A DNA stretch of 64,000 nt from a bacterium. GTDB lineage: Bacteria; UBA8248. Below, piece after piece: positions 37,825-48,146 of the stretch; position 1 is the first letter of the stretch; each line of letters starts with the position of its first letter. The notes under the pieces were generated by a model, which saw nothing but the letters and a program-made list of their open reading frames with translations, did not search any database and had not been told where the DNA came from. The stretch covers positions 960,001-1,024,000 of the forward strand of contig OZ242260.1 in assembly GCA_965207065.1 (NCBI GenBank), in the 5' to 3' direction. Both the position numbers and the translations under genes were made by a program.

Positions 37825-39081
37825 CTACTCCGGCCTGGCTCCATCCGGACCCATCGGAAATTTCTCGCAAAGAGACCTGACGTCTTCCCTCACCGAGGCG
37901 ATGCGGGCTTCATCCTTAATGTCGGCCAGCACGTCGGCAATCCAGCCGCCCACGACTTTCATCTCGGCCTCTTTCATGTGGCGGGACGTCAACGCGGGCG
38001 TCCCTACACGTATTCCGCTCGTGAACGCCGGCTTTCTTGTATCGAAAGGAATCGCATTTTTGTTCACCGTGATTCCAGCCAGCCCCAAGGCGGCCTCCGC
38101 CTTTTTGCCGCTGAAACCGGCTTCGCGCAGATCCAGGAGAATCAGGTGGTTATCCGTGCCGCCCGAGACAAGGTGAACACCACGTTGTAGAAGCGCGTCC
38201 GCGAGCGCCTTGGCGTTTTTCACGATCTGCGCCGAATAGTCCTTGAATTCGGGCGTGCTCGCCTCCTTGAACGCTACCGCCTTGGCCGCGACGACGTGCA
38301 TCAAAGGCCCGCCTTGGAGCCCGGGAAATACGGCCTTGTTCATCCCAGCGGCGTAATCCTCGTCGCATAGAATCATACCGCCGCGAGGACCCCTGAGCGT
38401 CTTGTGCGTCGTGGTAGTGACGATGTGCGCGTGGCCAGCGGGACTTGGATGCGCGCCGCCGGCGATGAGACCCGCGACGTGGGCGATATCCGCCATCACC
38501 ACGGCGCCCACCTCATCTGCAATCTCTCTGAAGCGCGCATAATCAATCGAGCGGGGATACGCGCTCGCCCCCACGACGATGATTTTGGGTCGGTGTTCCT
38601 TTGCCTGGCTTTCCACTTCATCGAAATCAATTACGTGGTTTTCGGGATCAACCCCATAAGCGACCACCTTGAACCAACGACCCGAGAAGGTGACGGGGTG
38701 CCCGTGGGTGAGGTGGCCCCCGTGAGATAGATTCATTCCCAAAAGCGTATCACCTGGTTCCAGCAAACCGTAATACACAGCGGCATTCGCCTGGGCGCCG
38801 CTGTGCGGCTGCACGGAAGCGTGATCCATGCCGAAAAGAGATTTCGCCCGTTCGATGGCGAGCGATTCGGCAACGTCTACAAATTGACACCCGCCATAAT
38901 AGCGCCTTCCCGGAAATCCTTCCGCATATTTGTTCGTCATCACGCCGCCCACCGCTTCCATCACCGCTTCGCTCACGTAGTTCTCCGAAGCAATGAGCTC
39001 GAGCTCATCGGCCTGGCGATTTTTTTCATCTTCCATGGCGGCGAAAATATCAGGATCTTTCAGCGCAAGTGCCGACGACAT
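37825..39081 (-). CDS. glyA: Serine hydroxymethyltransferase
   Basis: Motifs LIASEN, NKYAEG, GGHLTHG and [14 protein letters not shown]. Confidence 0.97.
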   Translation of the reverse strand: MSSALALKDPDIFAAMEDEKNRQADELELIASENYVSEAVMEAVGGVMTNKYAEGFPGRRYYGGCQFVDVAESLAIERAKSLFGMDHASVQPHSGAQANAAVYYGLLEPGDTLLGMNLSHGGHLTHGHPVTFSGRWFKVVAYGVDPENHVIDFDEVESQAKEHRPKIIVVGASAYPRSIDYARFREIADEVGAVVMADIAHVAGLIAGGAHPSPAGHAHIVTTTTHKTLRGPRGGMILCDEDYAAGMNKAVFPGLQGGPLMHVVAAKAVAFKEASTPEFKDYSAQIVKNAKALADALLQRGVHLVSGGTDNHLILLDLREAGFSGKKAEAALGLAGITVNKNAIPFDTRKPAFTSGIRVGTPALTSRHMKEAEMKVVGGWIADVLADIKDEARIASVREDVRSLCEKFPMGPDGARPE

Positions 39082-39250
39082 CGATGGGACCTCCAGATTT
39101 TTTTCAGGCGTGGGGAATGGTGCGGAACTTCCCGGGCGGGTCGAAGCTAACAAACCGAATCAGGAGCGTCAATCCCGAATGCCAAATGTACCATCATGAC
39201 GTAAGAGTTATAATGAAATTCTTAACCTTCACCCTGAAAAGGATTTCATC

Positions 39251-39715
39251 ATGGCGAATGAAACCGATGATTTACTCGATATCACCTCAGAAGGTATTCC
39301 CAGAACGTCGCTTCCGTCCGAGCCGGAGGAACTCGGCGCGTTAGATTCGCTTTGCGACGCCATTTTGTCGAGCAATGAAAGCCAAGTGCCGGCCATGGAT
39401 GAGTTGAAAAATCTGGTGGCGCGCCACCCGGAAGCCTTGTCCGGCTGGGTGGCCATGGGGCGAATCGCAATCGCAAACGGAGAGACGACCAGCGCATACG
39501 CCTTCTTTCGGGTCGCCTATCACAGGGGGCTGGACAAGGCCCGCGCCTCGGGCTGGCGCGGCGATGGGCGTATCCCCTGGGAAATCCCCGCCAATCAACC
39601 GTTTTTGCGCGCCATTCATGGCTTGGCGCAATGCGCCGACGCCATTGGAGAATCCGCCGAAGCGAAACGCTGCGCTGAATTCTTAGGAATGCTCGACCCG
39701 AATCATCCGTTTTGA
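39251..39715 (+). CDS. DUF3151-like protein
   Basis: The pattern AYAFFRVAYHRGLD...GWRG.G.IPW..PANQPFLRA is recalled from DUF3151. Confidence 0.75.
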   Translation: MANETDDLLDITSEGIPRTSLPSEPEELGALDSLCDAILSSNESQVPAMDELKNLVARHPEALSGWVAMGRIAIANGETTSAYAFFRVAYHRGLDKARASGWRGDGRIPWEIPANQPFLRAIHGLAQCADAIGESAEAKRCAEFLGMLDPNHPF

Positions 39716-39764
39716 CGAGAAGATTATTAGGAAAACAGATCTGTTATCAGATTCCGCTGCCCGC

Positions 39765-40091
39765 TCATCCCCCCATGTATTGCCCCATCAAGAGGACGAG
39801 GTCGCCCTCTTTCATCTCGGAATCGAGCGTGTGGTGAATGCCCATGAGCGCATCGTTTACGGCAATCTCGAGATGCTCGGCCAACTCGCCGGTGCCGTTA
39901 TGCCAAAGCGCCTCATCCAGGGGTCTGTAGCGTCGGCTCATCTTTTTGAGGACGTCTCGAAGCGTGGCGCCTTTGGGGACTTCCACATCGAAAAACTTGC
40001 GCTCGTTTCCGTCACCGCCCACAAAAGTCGACGCCCAGGAGATGAACTCAAGTCGGACGCAGATTCCATTGACGCTTTTCGTCTCGTTCAT
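39765..40091 (-). CDS. MoaD/ThiS family sulfur carrier
   Basis: Beta-grasp pattern (TLRDVL, IAVND, EGD) with a C-terminal GG. Last gene of the AOR operon. Confidence 0.82.
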   Translation of the reverse strand: MNETKSVNGICVRLEFISWASTFVGGDGNERKFFDVEVPKGATLRDVLKKMSRRYRPLDEALWHNGTGELAEHLEIAVNDALMGIHHTLDSEMKEGDLVLLMGQYMGG

Positions 40092-40118
40092 AGCGTCATC
40101 TCCTGTCTCCAAGGTGAG

Positions 40119-42011
40119 TTATACGTTCGCACCCCATAGCGCCTCGGCGACATCTTCGAGATCGAGTTCACGTAAAAGCTCGGGCTTGGGGCGGCCCGTC
40201 TCCCTGTCGTAGCCGGCCGTCTCGTACCAGATGTCGAGCATTTTCTCCCATTGATCCATAATCGAAACGCCCGCAATCGGACCATCTACCGGTGTGGAAC
40301 CGTATCGCTTGGATGGTTTCTCGACCTCAGGCCCGATGCCGCAGCGCAAATTAAACGCACGCATCAAGGCGTTGATGCGCCGGCCGGTCTGCATCGCTTC
40401 ATCCTTGTCCACGTCCCATCCGGTAGCCGCCTGAATGGATCGGCACAATACGTCCATCGGCGCGCGCGTAGTGAACACACACGCTCCCAGAGAATCTTCA
40501 TACGCGCGACGTCCCCTGAGACCGCCCACATGCCTGGGCACCGCCTCCGCGTCCTGGGGGTGCACACGAGCGGGCTGGCCGTAATCCGTCGGGAACACCG
40601 GGGGAGCCGTATCCATCGTTCCACCCGAACCCGTGCACGTATCGATCATCTCCTCCCAGCGGGAGCGATGGTCGTGCCCTCTGGGAGAATTGCCGACTTC
40701 CGTATATATGGCGCAATCCTGCGCTTCGCCGCCGAGTTTCTCCGCAGCGAGCTTCGTTCCCTCTGCCAGGAGATCGCCCATGCCTTCGCGCTTACAGATC
40801 ATCTCGAGCAACCTGTTGGCTCCGTCGATATCGCCCCACTCCAGGCGGAAGCCCAGGTCCTGATCCGTGATATAGCCTTTTTGCTGGCATTCCATCACCC
40901 AGCCGCAAAGCCAGCCGAATTCGTTCACGTCCACACAGGCGCGATCGAGCTGGGTGTTCATCCAGGTGACCTGCTGCGGGTCCGTGGCGCCAATCGTCCA
41001 GCCCGCGCCCGACCAGCCCTCGTACTCGGGCTCATCCACTACCTGTCCCTTGTATGGACCGGAGGAGATGACCTGCATATGGCAATGGTGCATGCCGCAC
41101 GCGCTGCACTGATGACCCCTGTGATCGAAACCCTCGCGCAGGCCGTTGGCCTCCCATTGCTTCGTTTCGATTTCCTCGGGCCACACGTTCGTCGTGTAGT
41201 TTCGAATCGGGAGCGCGCCCATGCCTTGTAAGTTCCGCACGCCGCCCAGGGTGCCGTACAGATACAGCCCCTTGGTGGAGGGATCGGTCTGAAGACTGTG
41301 GGCGATATCGTCGGCCGCCGCGAAGAGCGCTTTGGGATGTGCGGCGGCGACTCCCTTGGTTCCGCGCTCGATAGCCACCGCCTTCACCTTTTTCTTGCCC
41401 ATGACGGTCCCGCAACCGTTCTTGCTCGCCACGTGGCCGTAATCGCCCTGTATGGCGGCGAAGCGCACGAGGTTCTCGCCCGCGGGCCCGATGCTGTAAA
41501 CACTCAAATTATGTCCGCTCAGATTCAGGGTCTTCTCGAGCGATTGCTGCGTCTCCCAGGTGTCCTGGCCCAGCAACTCAGAGGCATCGCGAAGCTCCAC
41601 CCCGTCATCCCGAATATGAAGATAAACCCAATCGGGCGATTCTCCCTGAAAGACGATAGCGTCATAACCGCAATACTTGATGTTCGCGCCGAAAAATCCG
41701 TTCGCCTGGGTGTTGGTCGCGCCGTTGGTCATCGCGCCCCTCGTCACCACGGTAAGTCCGCCCGTCCCCCAGACCGGCAGACCCGCCAGAGGGCCCGTGG
41801 CCAGAACCAATCGGTTTTCAGGATGATCCCAACTCACCTCGGGGGGCACTTCTTCCCAAAGAATCTTGGCGCCCAATCCCGCACCGCCCACCCATTTTCT
41901 GCGGTCGGCGACATCGAATTTCTCTCCCCAGGTCTTCCCGCTCGAGAGATCGACCCGGAGGATTTCTCCTGCGTATGCGTAATCAGTCAAGGCATCGACC
42001 CCCTTGTTCAT
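40119..42011 (-). CDS. Aldehyde ferredoxin oxidoreductase family (tungstopterin) catalytic subunit
   Basis: Motifs ILRVDLS, GGAGLG, IGPAGENLVRFA, CSACGMHHC, EPEYE, DSLGAC and GRPKPELL. Confidence 0.9.
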   Translation of the reverse strand: MNKGVDALTDYAYAGEILRVDLSSGKTWGEKFDVADRRKWVGGAGLGAKILWEEVPPEVSWDHPENRLVLATGPLAGLPVWGTGGLTVVTRGAMTNGATNTQANGFFGANIKYCGYDAIVFQGESPDWVYLHIRDDGVELRDASELLGQDTWETQQSLEKTLNLSGHNLSVYSIGPAGENLVRFAAIQGDYGHVASKNGCGTVMGKKKVKAVAIERGTKGVAAAHPKALFAAADDIAHSLQTDPSTKGLYLYGTLGGVRNLQGMGALPIRNYTTNVWPEEIETKQWEANGLREGFDHRGHQCSACGMHHCHMQVISSGPYKGQVVDEPEYEGWSGAGWTIGATDPQQVTWMNTQLDRACVDVNEFGWLCGWVMECQQKGYITDQDLGFRLEWGDIDGANRLLEMICKREGMGDLLAEGTKLAAEKLGGEAQDCAIYTEVGNSPRGHDHRSRWEEMIDTCTGSGGTMDTAPPVFPTDYGQPARVHPQDAEAVPRHVGGLRGRRAYEDSLGACVFTTRAPMDVLCRSIQAATGWDVDKDEAMQTGRRINALMRAFNLRCGIGPEVEKPSKRYGSTPVDGPIAGVSIMDQWEKMLDIWYETAGYDRETGRPKPELLRELDLEDVAEALWGANV

Positions 42012-43330
42012 GAAGCGATTGTGAGTTCATTCGACGACGCCGAAGGGCGTCCCAAAACGGTTTCCGGCAACAAGTCGCCCGCAGCGCCCGAAGCCAAAAA
42101 CGCGCGTTTCACGTCAAACGGGTTCTTGCGCAAATGCTCTTTCCACTCGGAGATGTCCACCCCCGTGTATACGAGGCCCTTGAGCATCCCCACGTCGTTC
42201 GTCGTCCAGATTTCCCGGGTTTTCCCCAGGATAATGGCGCCGGTCAGCCTCCCGCCATGGAACAATAGCTTTCTGTAGGCGGGACGCTCAGCCCGTACAG
42301 CCTCGAATACTTCGGCGTCGGCATCATCCCAGGCGCCGAAACTGGCGATCTCCATATCGAGAACGTCCACAATGTTCATGAGCAGACTGCCCTTGTACGC
42401 AACCTCCTGGCCTGCCATGTTGGCCGCCGCCACGCGGCCGTGCTGCATCGCGGTGGGTTCGATGGCGTGTACGACTCTATCACCCGTGACGGCGTCGGGG
42501 CCTTCCGCGATATCTCCCGCCGCGTAGATGTTCGCCACATTCGTGCGGCAATGCTCGTCCACAAGAATTCCCTGGTTTGTCTCGAGACCGCTGTCCGTTA
42601 CCCAATCGATGTTGGGCTTTATACCCGTGGCCATGATAACCAGGTCGACCTCCAGATCGGGGCCTTCCTTGAATTTGAGTAGTTTCGATTCTCCTTTGTC
42701 CTCTATGGAGGTCACTTGCGTCGAGGTTCTCACTTCCACGCCTCGTTCGTTCAGCCAACTTTGAACGAGCCCGGCGCCCGTATCGTCTATCATGCGCGGC
42801 AGGATGCGCGATTCGAGTTCCACGACGGTGAGCTTCACTCCCTGATTCACCAGGGCGTTCAGAATCGTGAAGGCGATGAACCCCGCTCCGATCATCGCCA
42901 CGCGGGCGCCATCGCCCACGCCGGACGCAACGGCGCGCGCCTGAGGAAACGTCCAGAAGCTGTGCACGTTCTTCCCGTCCGCACCGGGTACGGGCGCTTT
43001 CACGGGAGAAGACCCCGTGGCGATCAAGAGATTATCGTATTCAACCTCGTCGCCCCCCTCGAGGATGAGCTTGTTGGCGGACGCGTCGATTCTCTCGGCA
43101 CGCGCACCAAGCCTCGCATCCACATTCAGCGCGGCGAGCTTGGGAGGAGAGGCAATGTAGACGTGAGATTCCGCGATATCTCTCGCAAGATAATAGGGCA
43201 ACACCATCCGTGAATACGGCGTCTCATCCGCGACGAGAATAATCTCGGAATCGCCTTTGTCCAATTCTCTTAGCGTGGTGATGGCGTTCCAACCGGCTGT
43301 TCCGCCGCCTACGATGACATGTCTGGCCAT
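42008..43330 (-). CDS. FAD/NAD(P)-dependent oxidoreductase (AorC-like)
   Basis: Motifs GGGTAG, IATGS, GAGFIA and YAAGD. Overlaps the AOR start. Confidence 0.88.
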   Translation of the reverse strand: MARHVIVGGGTAGWNAITTLRELDKGDSEIILVADETPYSRMVLPYYLARDIAESHVYIASPPKLAALNVDARLGARAERIDASANKLILEGGDEVEYDNLLIATGSSPVKAPVPGADGKNVHSFWTFPQARAVASGVGDGARVAMIGAGFIAFTILNALVNQGVKLTVVELESRILPRMIDDTGAGLVQSWLNERGVEVRTSTQVTSIEDKGESKLLKFKEGPDLEVDLVIMATGIKPNIDWVTDSGLETNQGILVDEHCRTNVANIYAAGDIAEGPDAVTGDRVVHAIEPTAMQHGRVAAANMAGQEVAYKGSLLMNIVDVLDMEIASFGAWDDADAEVFEAVRAERPAYRKLLFHGGRLTGAIILGKTREIWTTNDVGMLKGLVYTGVDISEWKEHLRKNPFDVKRAFLASGAAGDLLPETVLGRPSASSNELTIAS

Positions 43331-43332
43331 AA

Positions 43333-43812
43333 TCAGAGCACCCCCGCAAGCGGTCCGGCGGGCGATTTCGCCCGCTCCGCGGCAAAGGGCCCGACCCAGT
43401 CGGTCTTATCGGCCTCTTCGTAAACGATGGCGTCGGTCGGACAAACGGACGCGCATGCGGGGTTTCCGCCGCACAGGTCGCACTTGAACGCCTTGTGGGT
43501 GTCGATGTCGTAGAACATCGTTCCGTAGGGACACGCGATGGTGCAGAGCTTACAGCCCACGCAAATGTCGTCCGCGACATCCTTCGCCCCGGCAGGCGAG
43601 ATGCCGATCGCCTCGACCGGACACGCCGTCAGGCACCATGCCTCGTCGCACTGCGGACAGGTATAGGGCGCATAGCTCGTATGGCCCTCGAACGCAGAGA
43701 CGCGAATCACCGCCTTCGAAGGCTGGAACGTCCCCGTCTGCTCGTAAGAACATGCGAGTTCGCACCGCATGCAGCCCGTACATTTCTCGGGAATGATCTT
43801 GAGTATTTTCAT
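43333..43812 (-). CDS. 4x[4Fe-4S] polyferredoxin (DmsB/AorA-like)
   Basis: CTGCMRCELAC, CPQCDEAWCLTACP, CVGCKLCTIACP and KCDLC...CASVCP. Confidence 0.92.
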   Translation of the reverse strand: MKILKIIPEKCTGCMRCELACSYEQTGTFQPSKAVIRVSAFEGHTSYAPYTCPQCDEAWCLTACPVEAIGISPAGAKDVADDICVGCKLCTIACPYGTMFYDIDTHKAFKCDLCGGNPACASVCPTDAIVYEEADKTDWVGPFAAERAKSPAGPLAGVL

Positions 43813-43967
43813 CGCACCCCCACGATTTGATGAAAGGGCTTCCCGTATCGCATCTCACGCGTCTCGACACGAAAAACACATCTTTGGAAGAATGAAGACG
43901 CGCTCATTCTCGCAGAGACGGACAACTCGGGTCAAACCAAAATCCCGATTTTCACTCGCGCGGAGCG

Positions 43968-44849
43968 TCAGCCACCCGAAGTTACCAGAACGGCCCCCGC
44001 TACGACGATCAGCGTGCCGACCACCAGGCGCTTTGTGATGACTTCCAGGTCGCGCAGCAGTACCACCGACAACAAAAGAACGAAAATCGGCGTCATGCGA
44101 ACGAGCGGGGAAATCACCGCAAGCTGCCCGTCGCGCAGCGAGGTCCAGAACAGCACAGCGGAGAAGAGCCCGAACACGCCTGCCGGAACGCATGCCGCCG
44201 CAACCCGCATGCTCCACTGAAACTTCTGATCCTGCGAGGCGAAGCGCGAGGAAGCCAACAAACCCACGTTGGCTATCAGTGTGGCCACCAGAATGCCCAG
44301 CCATGGCGCGTTCATGGCGGCCAGCCCCGCTTTCCGGAGATACGGTGTAACGCTGAAAGCCGCCATTGCGATGAAAGCGAAGGTGTAACGCTTCAGCGAA
44401 TACTCTCCCGAAATCCGCTCGCCGGTGAGCCAAATCATCCCGATGACGATAAGCAGGATTCCCAGCCAGACGCCGACGTCCGGACGTTCGCCCAGTATTA
44501 CAACGCCCATCAGCGCCGAACCGATGGGAGTCGCCGCCACGAGCGCGTTCGTTCTACTCACCCCGACGTTCTTACTCGATCGAAGAGCACAGTAACGCGC
44601 TACGAGATTCCCCACCAAGCCCGTAATAAGATACAAGATGAGAGCCGCCACCCAATCGCCTGCATAGATATCGAAAGATGGTGAGAATACGACGGCAAGG
44701 ACCGCCATCCACCCGTTCACCCAAAAGATGATCGTGAGCGCCGAGGCGCGTTCGAGCAATCTGCGAACGAGAATTTGGTTGCAGGCGAACAAGAAGGCGC
44801 CCAACAAAGCACGCAACTCCGGCGGTGCGTCAACGACAAGATTCAGCAT
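43968..44849 (-). CDS. DMT/EamA family transporter
   Basis: About 10 TM segments, with GVSRT, LGERP and LLRDLEVIT motifs. Confidence 0.85.
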   Translation of the reverse strand: MLNLVVDAPPELRALLGAFLFACNQILVRRLLERASALTIIFWVNGWMAVLAVVFSPSFDIYAGDWVAALILYLITGLVGNLVARYCALRSSKNVGVSRTNALVAATPIGSALMGVVILGERPDVGVWLGILLIVIGMIWLTGERISGEYSLKRYTFAFIAMAAFSVTPYLRKAGLAAMNAPWLGILVATLIANVGLLASSRFASQDQKFQWSMRVAAACVPAGVFGLFSAVLFWTSLRDGQLAVISPLVRMTPIFVLLLSVVLLRDLEVITKRLVVGTLIVVAGAVLVTSGG

Positions 44850-45003
44850 GTCACAATCCCAACTGAGAAAAGCGCTCGGGAGGAAGAAGACTCTGTGAGG
44901 ACGAATATATCCATCACCTTAGCGCGTGAATTGATTGATCTATACTGTGCCATCCCACACCTATCATAAAAAAATGGCGAATCGATGCAGGGTGCAATAG
45001 CGC

Positions 45004-45888
45004 CTACCTGCCCAATACGATCAGCACAGCGCCCTCCACGGCGAGCAGCCCGCCTGCGATCACGCGCAAATTGATGCGTTCTAGCCTTTGATAAAAAAAC
45101 CAGGAAAACAATATTAAAAATAAAATGGAGAGCCGGTTAATCGGGATCACCTCTATGAGCTTTCCGTTTTTTATGGAGAGCCAAAAGCAGTACGCCGAAA
45201 TAATGTTGAAAAGCCCTCCGATGAGAACCAGCCATAGGCTTTTTCTATTCCAGGTTTTGGGATTGAGCTCATGATTTTTGACAAACGGTATGGAACCGAG
45301 CTGGAGAAGCGCGCCCGCCAACGCCGTGGTGGCGATGCCGAAAGCGGGTGAAGGAATCGTCTGAAACGCGAGCTTTCGCAATGGCGGAGCGAAGGAGAAG
45401 AAAAAGGCCGCCAAAATCGGCAGGAGATAATATAAAAAGGGAGCACGCTTGCCTCCCGCTCCTCTTTCCTGCACAAGGAGAATCGCACCCAAAACGATAG
45501 CGAAAGTACCCAGGGCAATCGGGAAATTGATCGTCTCGCCGAAGAGGAGCATGGCCAAAAAAGCGCTCCATATAGGATGGATTTGCAAAAAAATCTGGGA
45601 GCGCGCCATTCCGATGAGCGTGGCCGAGATGAAGTTCAGGTTTCTTGACAAAAAATGAGAACAAAGCCCCGCCAGGACGAACCAGAAAATCCCCACCAGA
45701 GGCCATTTTTCGAGACCGGCACCCAGCACGTATATAGTCGAAGCGTAAGTTACCAGCGTTAAATTGGTCACAAAAGTGATCGCCTTCGGTCCTATCCACT
45801 GAAGGGCGCCTCGATAAATTGTTTGTGTGGCTGCCAAAAAGACAGCGGACAGGAAAGACAAAAAAATAGGGGGGAGCGATTCGATCAA
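45004..45888 (-). CDS. DMT/EamA family transporter (AT-rich; start uncertain)
   Basis: About 10 TM segments, with IGMARS, FGETI and LERINLR motifs. Confidence 0.8.
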   Translation of the reverse strand: MIESLPPIFLSFLSAVFLAATQTIYRGALQWIGPKAITFVTNLTLVTYASTIYVLGAGLEKWPLVGIFWFVLAGLCSHFLSRNLNFISATLIGMARSQIFLQIHPIWSAFLAMLLFGETINFPIALGTFAIVLGAILLVQERGAGGKRAPFLYYLLPILAAFFFSFAPPLRKLAFQTIPSPAFGIATTALAGALLQLGSIPFVKNHELNPKTWNRKSLWLVLIGGLFNIISAYCFWLSIKNGKLIEVIPINRLSILFLILFSWFFYQRLERINLRVIAGGLLAVEGAVLIVLGR

Positions 45889-46034
45889 GGTCCATCCAGG
45901 GGACAGAGAAATGAAACGAAGCGATTGCCTCGCATTATGACACGAGTAGCCGGCATCCGTAATCCGAGTCCCGCGCGAAACAAGGCGCCGCATGATATAT
46001 TCCCGGCTCCCGACTCCATTCGAGGATACAGAAA

Positions 46035-46709
46035 ATGACGCAGAACTCACCGAAGCCCGCCACGGAGATATTTCCCGAATACGCCCTGTTGCCCGAAATG
46101 TACGCGCGTGAAGTAGAAGGCCTCACAGAGGAGCAAATCGATCTGAAACAACCCGAAAAAAGTTGGGGACTATGGTCGATTCGCGAGCAGGTCAGCCACA
46201 TGGGTTACGTGAATTACAGGTGGTTTTTGCAGGTCTGGGGGAAATCCCTGTTTGGAGAGGATTTGCCGAGGCCGAAATCCCTATACGACACGGGCGGCGC
46301 AGATCGTCTCCTCGATCCCGAACGATTTCATGAGATGGGCGATTTGCTCGCAGCTTATGAAGACGGCTGCCATTTGGCGCAGGACATTCTGAAAAATGAA
46401 ACCAGTGAATCCCTGCGGGAAAAAACCAAAGAAAGGGAAGTTCCTCAAAACTACGAATGGCCTTCAGGCGATAAGTATATCGACTGGCTGGAAAACGTGG
46501 TCCTCAAAATCCACCCCGACGGCTTCTGGCGAGACGAGAAGAAAGACAACGTTTTTCACTACAACCTGGAGTGGACATTTCGCCATGTCCTCTGGGAAGG
46601 GTATGCCCATCTCAAAACCATCCAGGCGCACAAGCAAGCGCAGGGATTCGAAGCAAAGATAATGCTGGATGAGGGCGTAGGCTACCTCGCCGCGCTCACC
46701 TGGGAGTGA
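46035..46709 (+). CDS. DinB/YfiT-like four-helix-bundle protein
   Basis: GLTEEQID...WSIREQVSH and C-terminal RHVLWEGYAH metal-ligand pattern. Confidence 0.7.
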   Translation: MTQNSPKPATEIFPEYALLPEMYAREVEGLTEEQIDLKQPEKSWGLWSIREQVSHMGYVNYRWFLQVWGKSLFGEDLPRPKSLYDTGGADRLLDPERFHEMGDLLAAYEDGCHLAQDILKNETSESLREKTKEREVPQNYEWPSGDKYIDWLENVVLKIHPDGFWRDEKKDNVFHYNLEWTFRHVLWEGYAHLKTIQAHKQAQGFEAKIMLDEGVGYLAALTWE

Positions 46710-47238
46710 GCATTCGTTGCACCAGCCCCTCGGGCGTATCGTCGACCGAGAATAGATTTAAACTTTTCTGCGTGATGAAACCCTCCTCGCGCGTATGGCG
46801 TAAAAACCCCAGCAAAGGATCATAATAGCCGCGCACGTTGAGCAGGCCGACGGGCTTTTCGTGATACCCGAGCTGAAGCCAGGTGATCATCTCCATAGTT
46901 TCCTCCAGCGTGCCGAGCCCACCCGGCAACGTGATGAAGCCATCGGACAATTCCGCCATCAACGCTTTTCTCTCGTGCATCGTACGCACGACGCGAAGCT
47001 CGGTGATCCCCTCATGGGCGACTTCCATGTCCATCAACTTATCGGGTATTACGCCGGTAACCTCGCCTCCGCTTTCGAGCACGGCGTCGGCCAGAACGCC
47101 CATGAGTCCGATACCCCCCGCGCCATACACCACGCCGATTCCGCGCTCGCACAAAGCATGTCCCAAGACTCGCGCCGCCTCCCGATACTCGGGCCGAACC
47201 CCTTTTGACGAACCGGCGAAAACACATATCCGTTTCAA
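46696..47238 (-). CDS. LOG family (TIGR00730-like) nucleotide phosphoribohydrolase
   Basis: Motifs ICVFAGS, GLMG, MHERKALM and PGGLGTLEE. Confidence 0.92.
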   Translation of the reverse strand: MKRICVFAGSSKGVRPEYREAARVLGHALCERGIGVVYGAGGIGLMGVLADAVLESGGEVTGVIPDKLMDMEVAHEGITELRVVRTMHERKALMAELSDGFITLPGGLGTLEETMEMITWLQLGYHEKPVGLLNVRGYYDPLLGFLRHTREEGFITQKSLNLFSVDDTPEGLVQRMLTPR

Positions 47239-47364
47239 GGAAATTTCCTCCCTGCCGGGCCGCTAGACGGGCGACGCATCGACATTTTGTGAACCTTACT
47301 TTTCATTCCCAACCACAGGATGGTTGGCACTATCCATCTTACTACCGCTACACTCAACTTCGCC

Positions 47365-48093
47365 ATGAAAATTCTCATCTGGAACATCATGCACGGCGGC
47401 GGACGACGGGCACCCAAAATCGTGGAGCGCATCCGTAACGGAAGACCCGACCTCATCATGCTGACGGAGTTCCGAGGCACACCTCCCAGCCGGGAGCTCG
47501 CCGCCCGTATAAAGGAAATGGGACTTTCCCAACAACTAAAGACGACATCCGAAAGCCATCCGGCCAGAAACGCCCTGCTACTCGCCTCGCGCTGGCCGCT
47601 CAAGCGCATTCACTGGAAGAGGCCGCCCGAGCCCAAGGAGCGCCGCCTGCTCGCACACGTTCGCGCGCCCACGCCCATCTCCATCGCCGCCGTGCACGTG
47701 CCCAACCGCGTAAGCGGAATCAAATATCCCTTCCTGGATGCGCTTTGCGATTTGACTTGCCGCTGGCGCGGTGGCGGAGCCTTACTGGCAGGTGATTTCA
47801 ACACCGGGCGAATCGGTGAGGATGAAAGCGTAAAATGTTTCAACCGGCGTGAAGACGATTTCATGACGTCCTTGGCCAAGACGGGCTGGGCGGATGCCTA
47901 CCGCAGCGTCCATGGCCAAAAACGCGCATATACCTGGCGCGCGCCCGGCGGTGGGGGGAGTTTCCGGCTGGATCATGCGTTCATCAATCGGCACGCTCAT
48001 GGCAGGTTGCTCGGCGCGCGCATTGATTGGCCGCCGGGAGACCCCAGGCCGCCGAGCGATCACGCCGCATTGTGGATCACGTTGAAAGATTGA
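47365..48093 (+). CDS. Endonuclease/exonuclease/phosphatase (EEP) family protein
   Basis: Motifs WNI, LTE, GDFN, YTW, RLDH and PSDHAAL. Confidence 0.88.
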   Translation: MKILIWNIMHGGGRRAPKIVERIRNGRPDLIMLTEFRGTPPSRELAARIKEMGLSQQLKTTSESHPARNALLLASRWPLKRIHWKRPPEPKERRLLAHVRAPTPISIAAVHVPNRVSGIKYPFLDALCDLTCRWRGGGALLAGDFNTGRIGEDESVKCFNRREDDFMTSLAKTGWADAYRSVHGQKRAYTWRAPGGGGSFRLDHAFINRHAHGRLLGARIDWPPGDPRPPSDHAALWITLKD

Positions 48094-48146
48094 ATCTGGA
48101 AGTAGTAGAAAAAGGTTGCTCTTTTAGAACGGACGGGAGAAAAACC

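Noticed and set aside
39090-39200. ZMP/ZTP riboswitch upstream of glyA
   Set aside because: Only partial resemblance (GATTGACG...CCCGCCCGGG) and the pseudoknot pairing is imperfect. An Infernal search would be needed.
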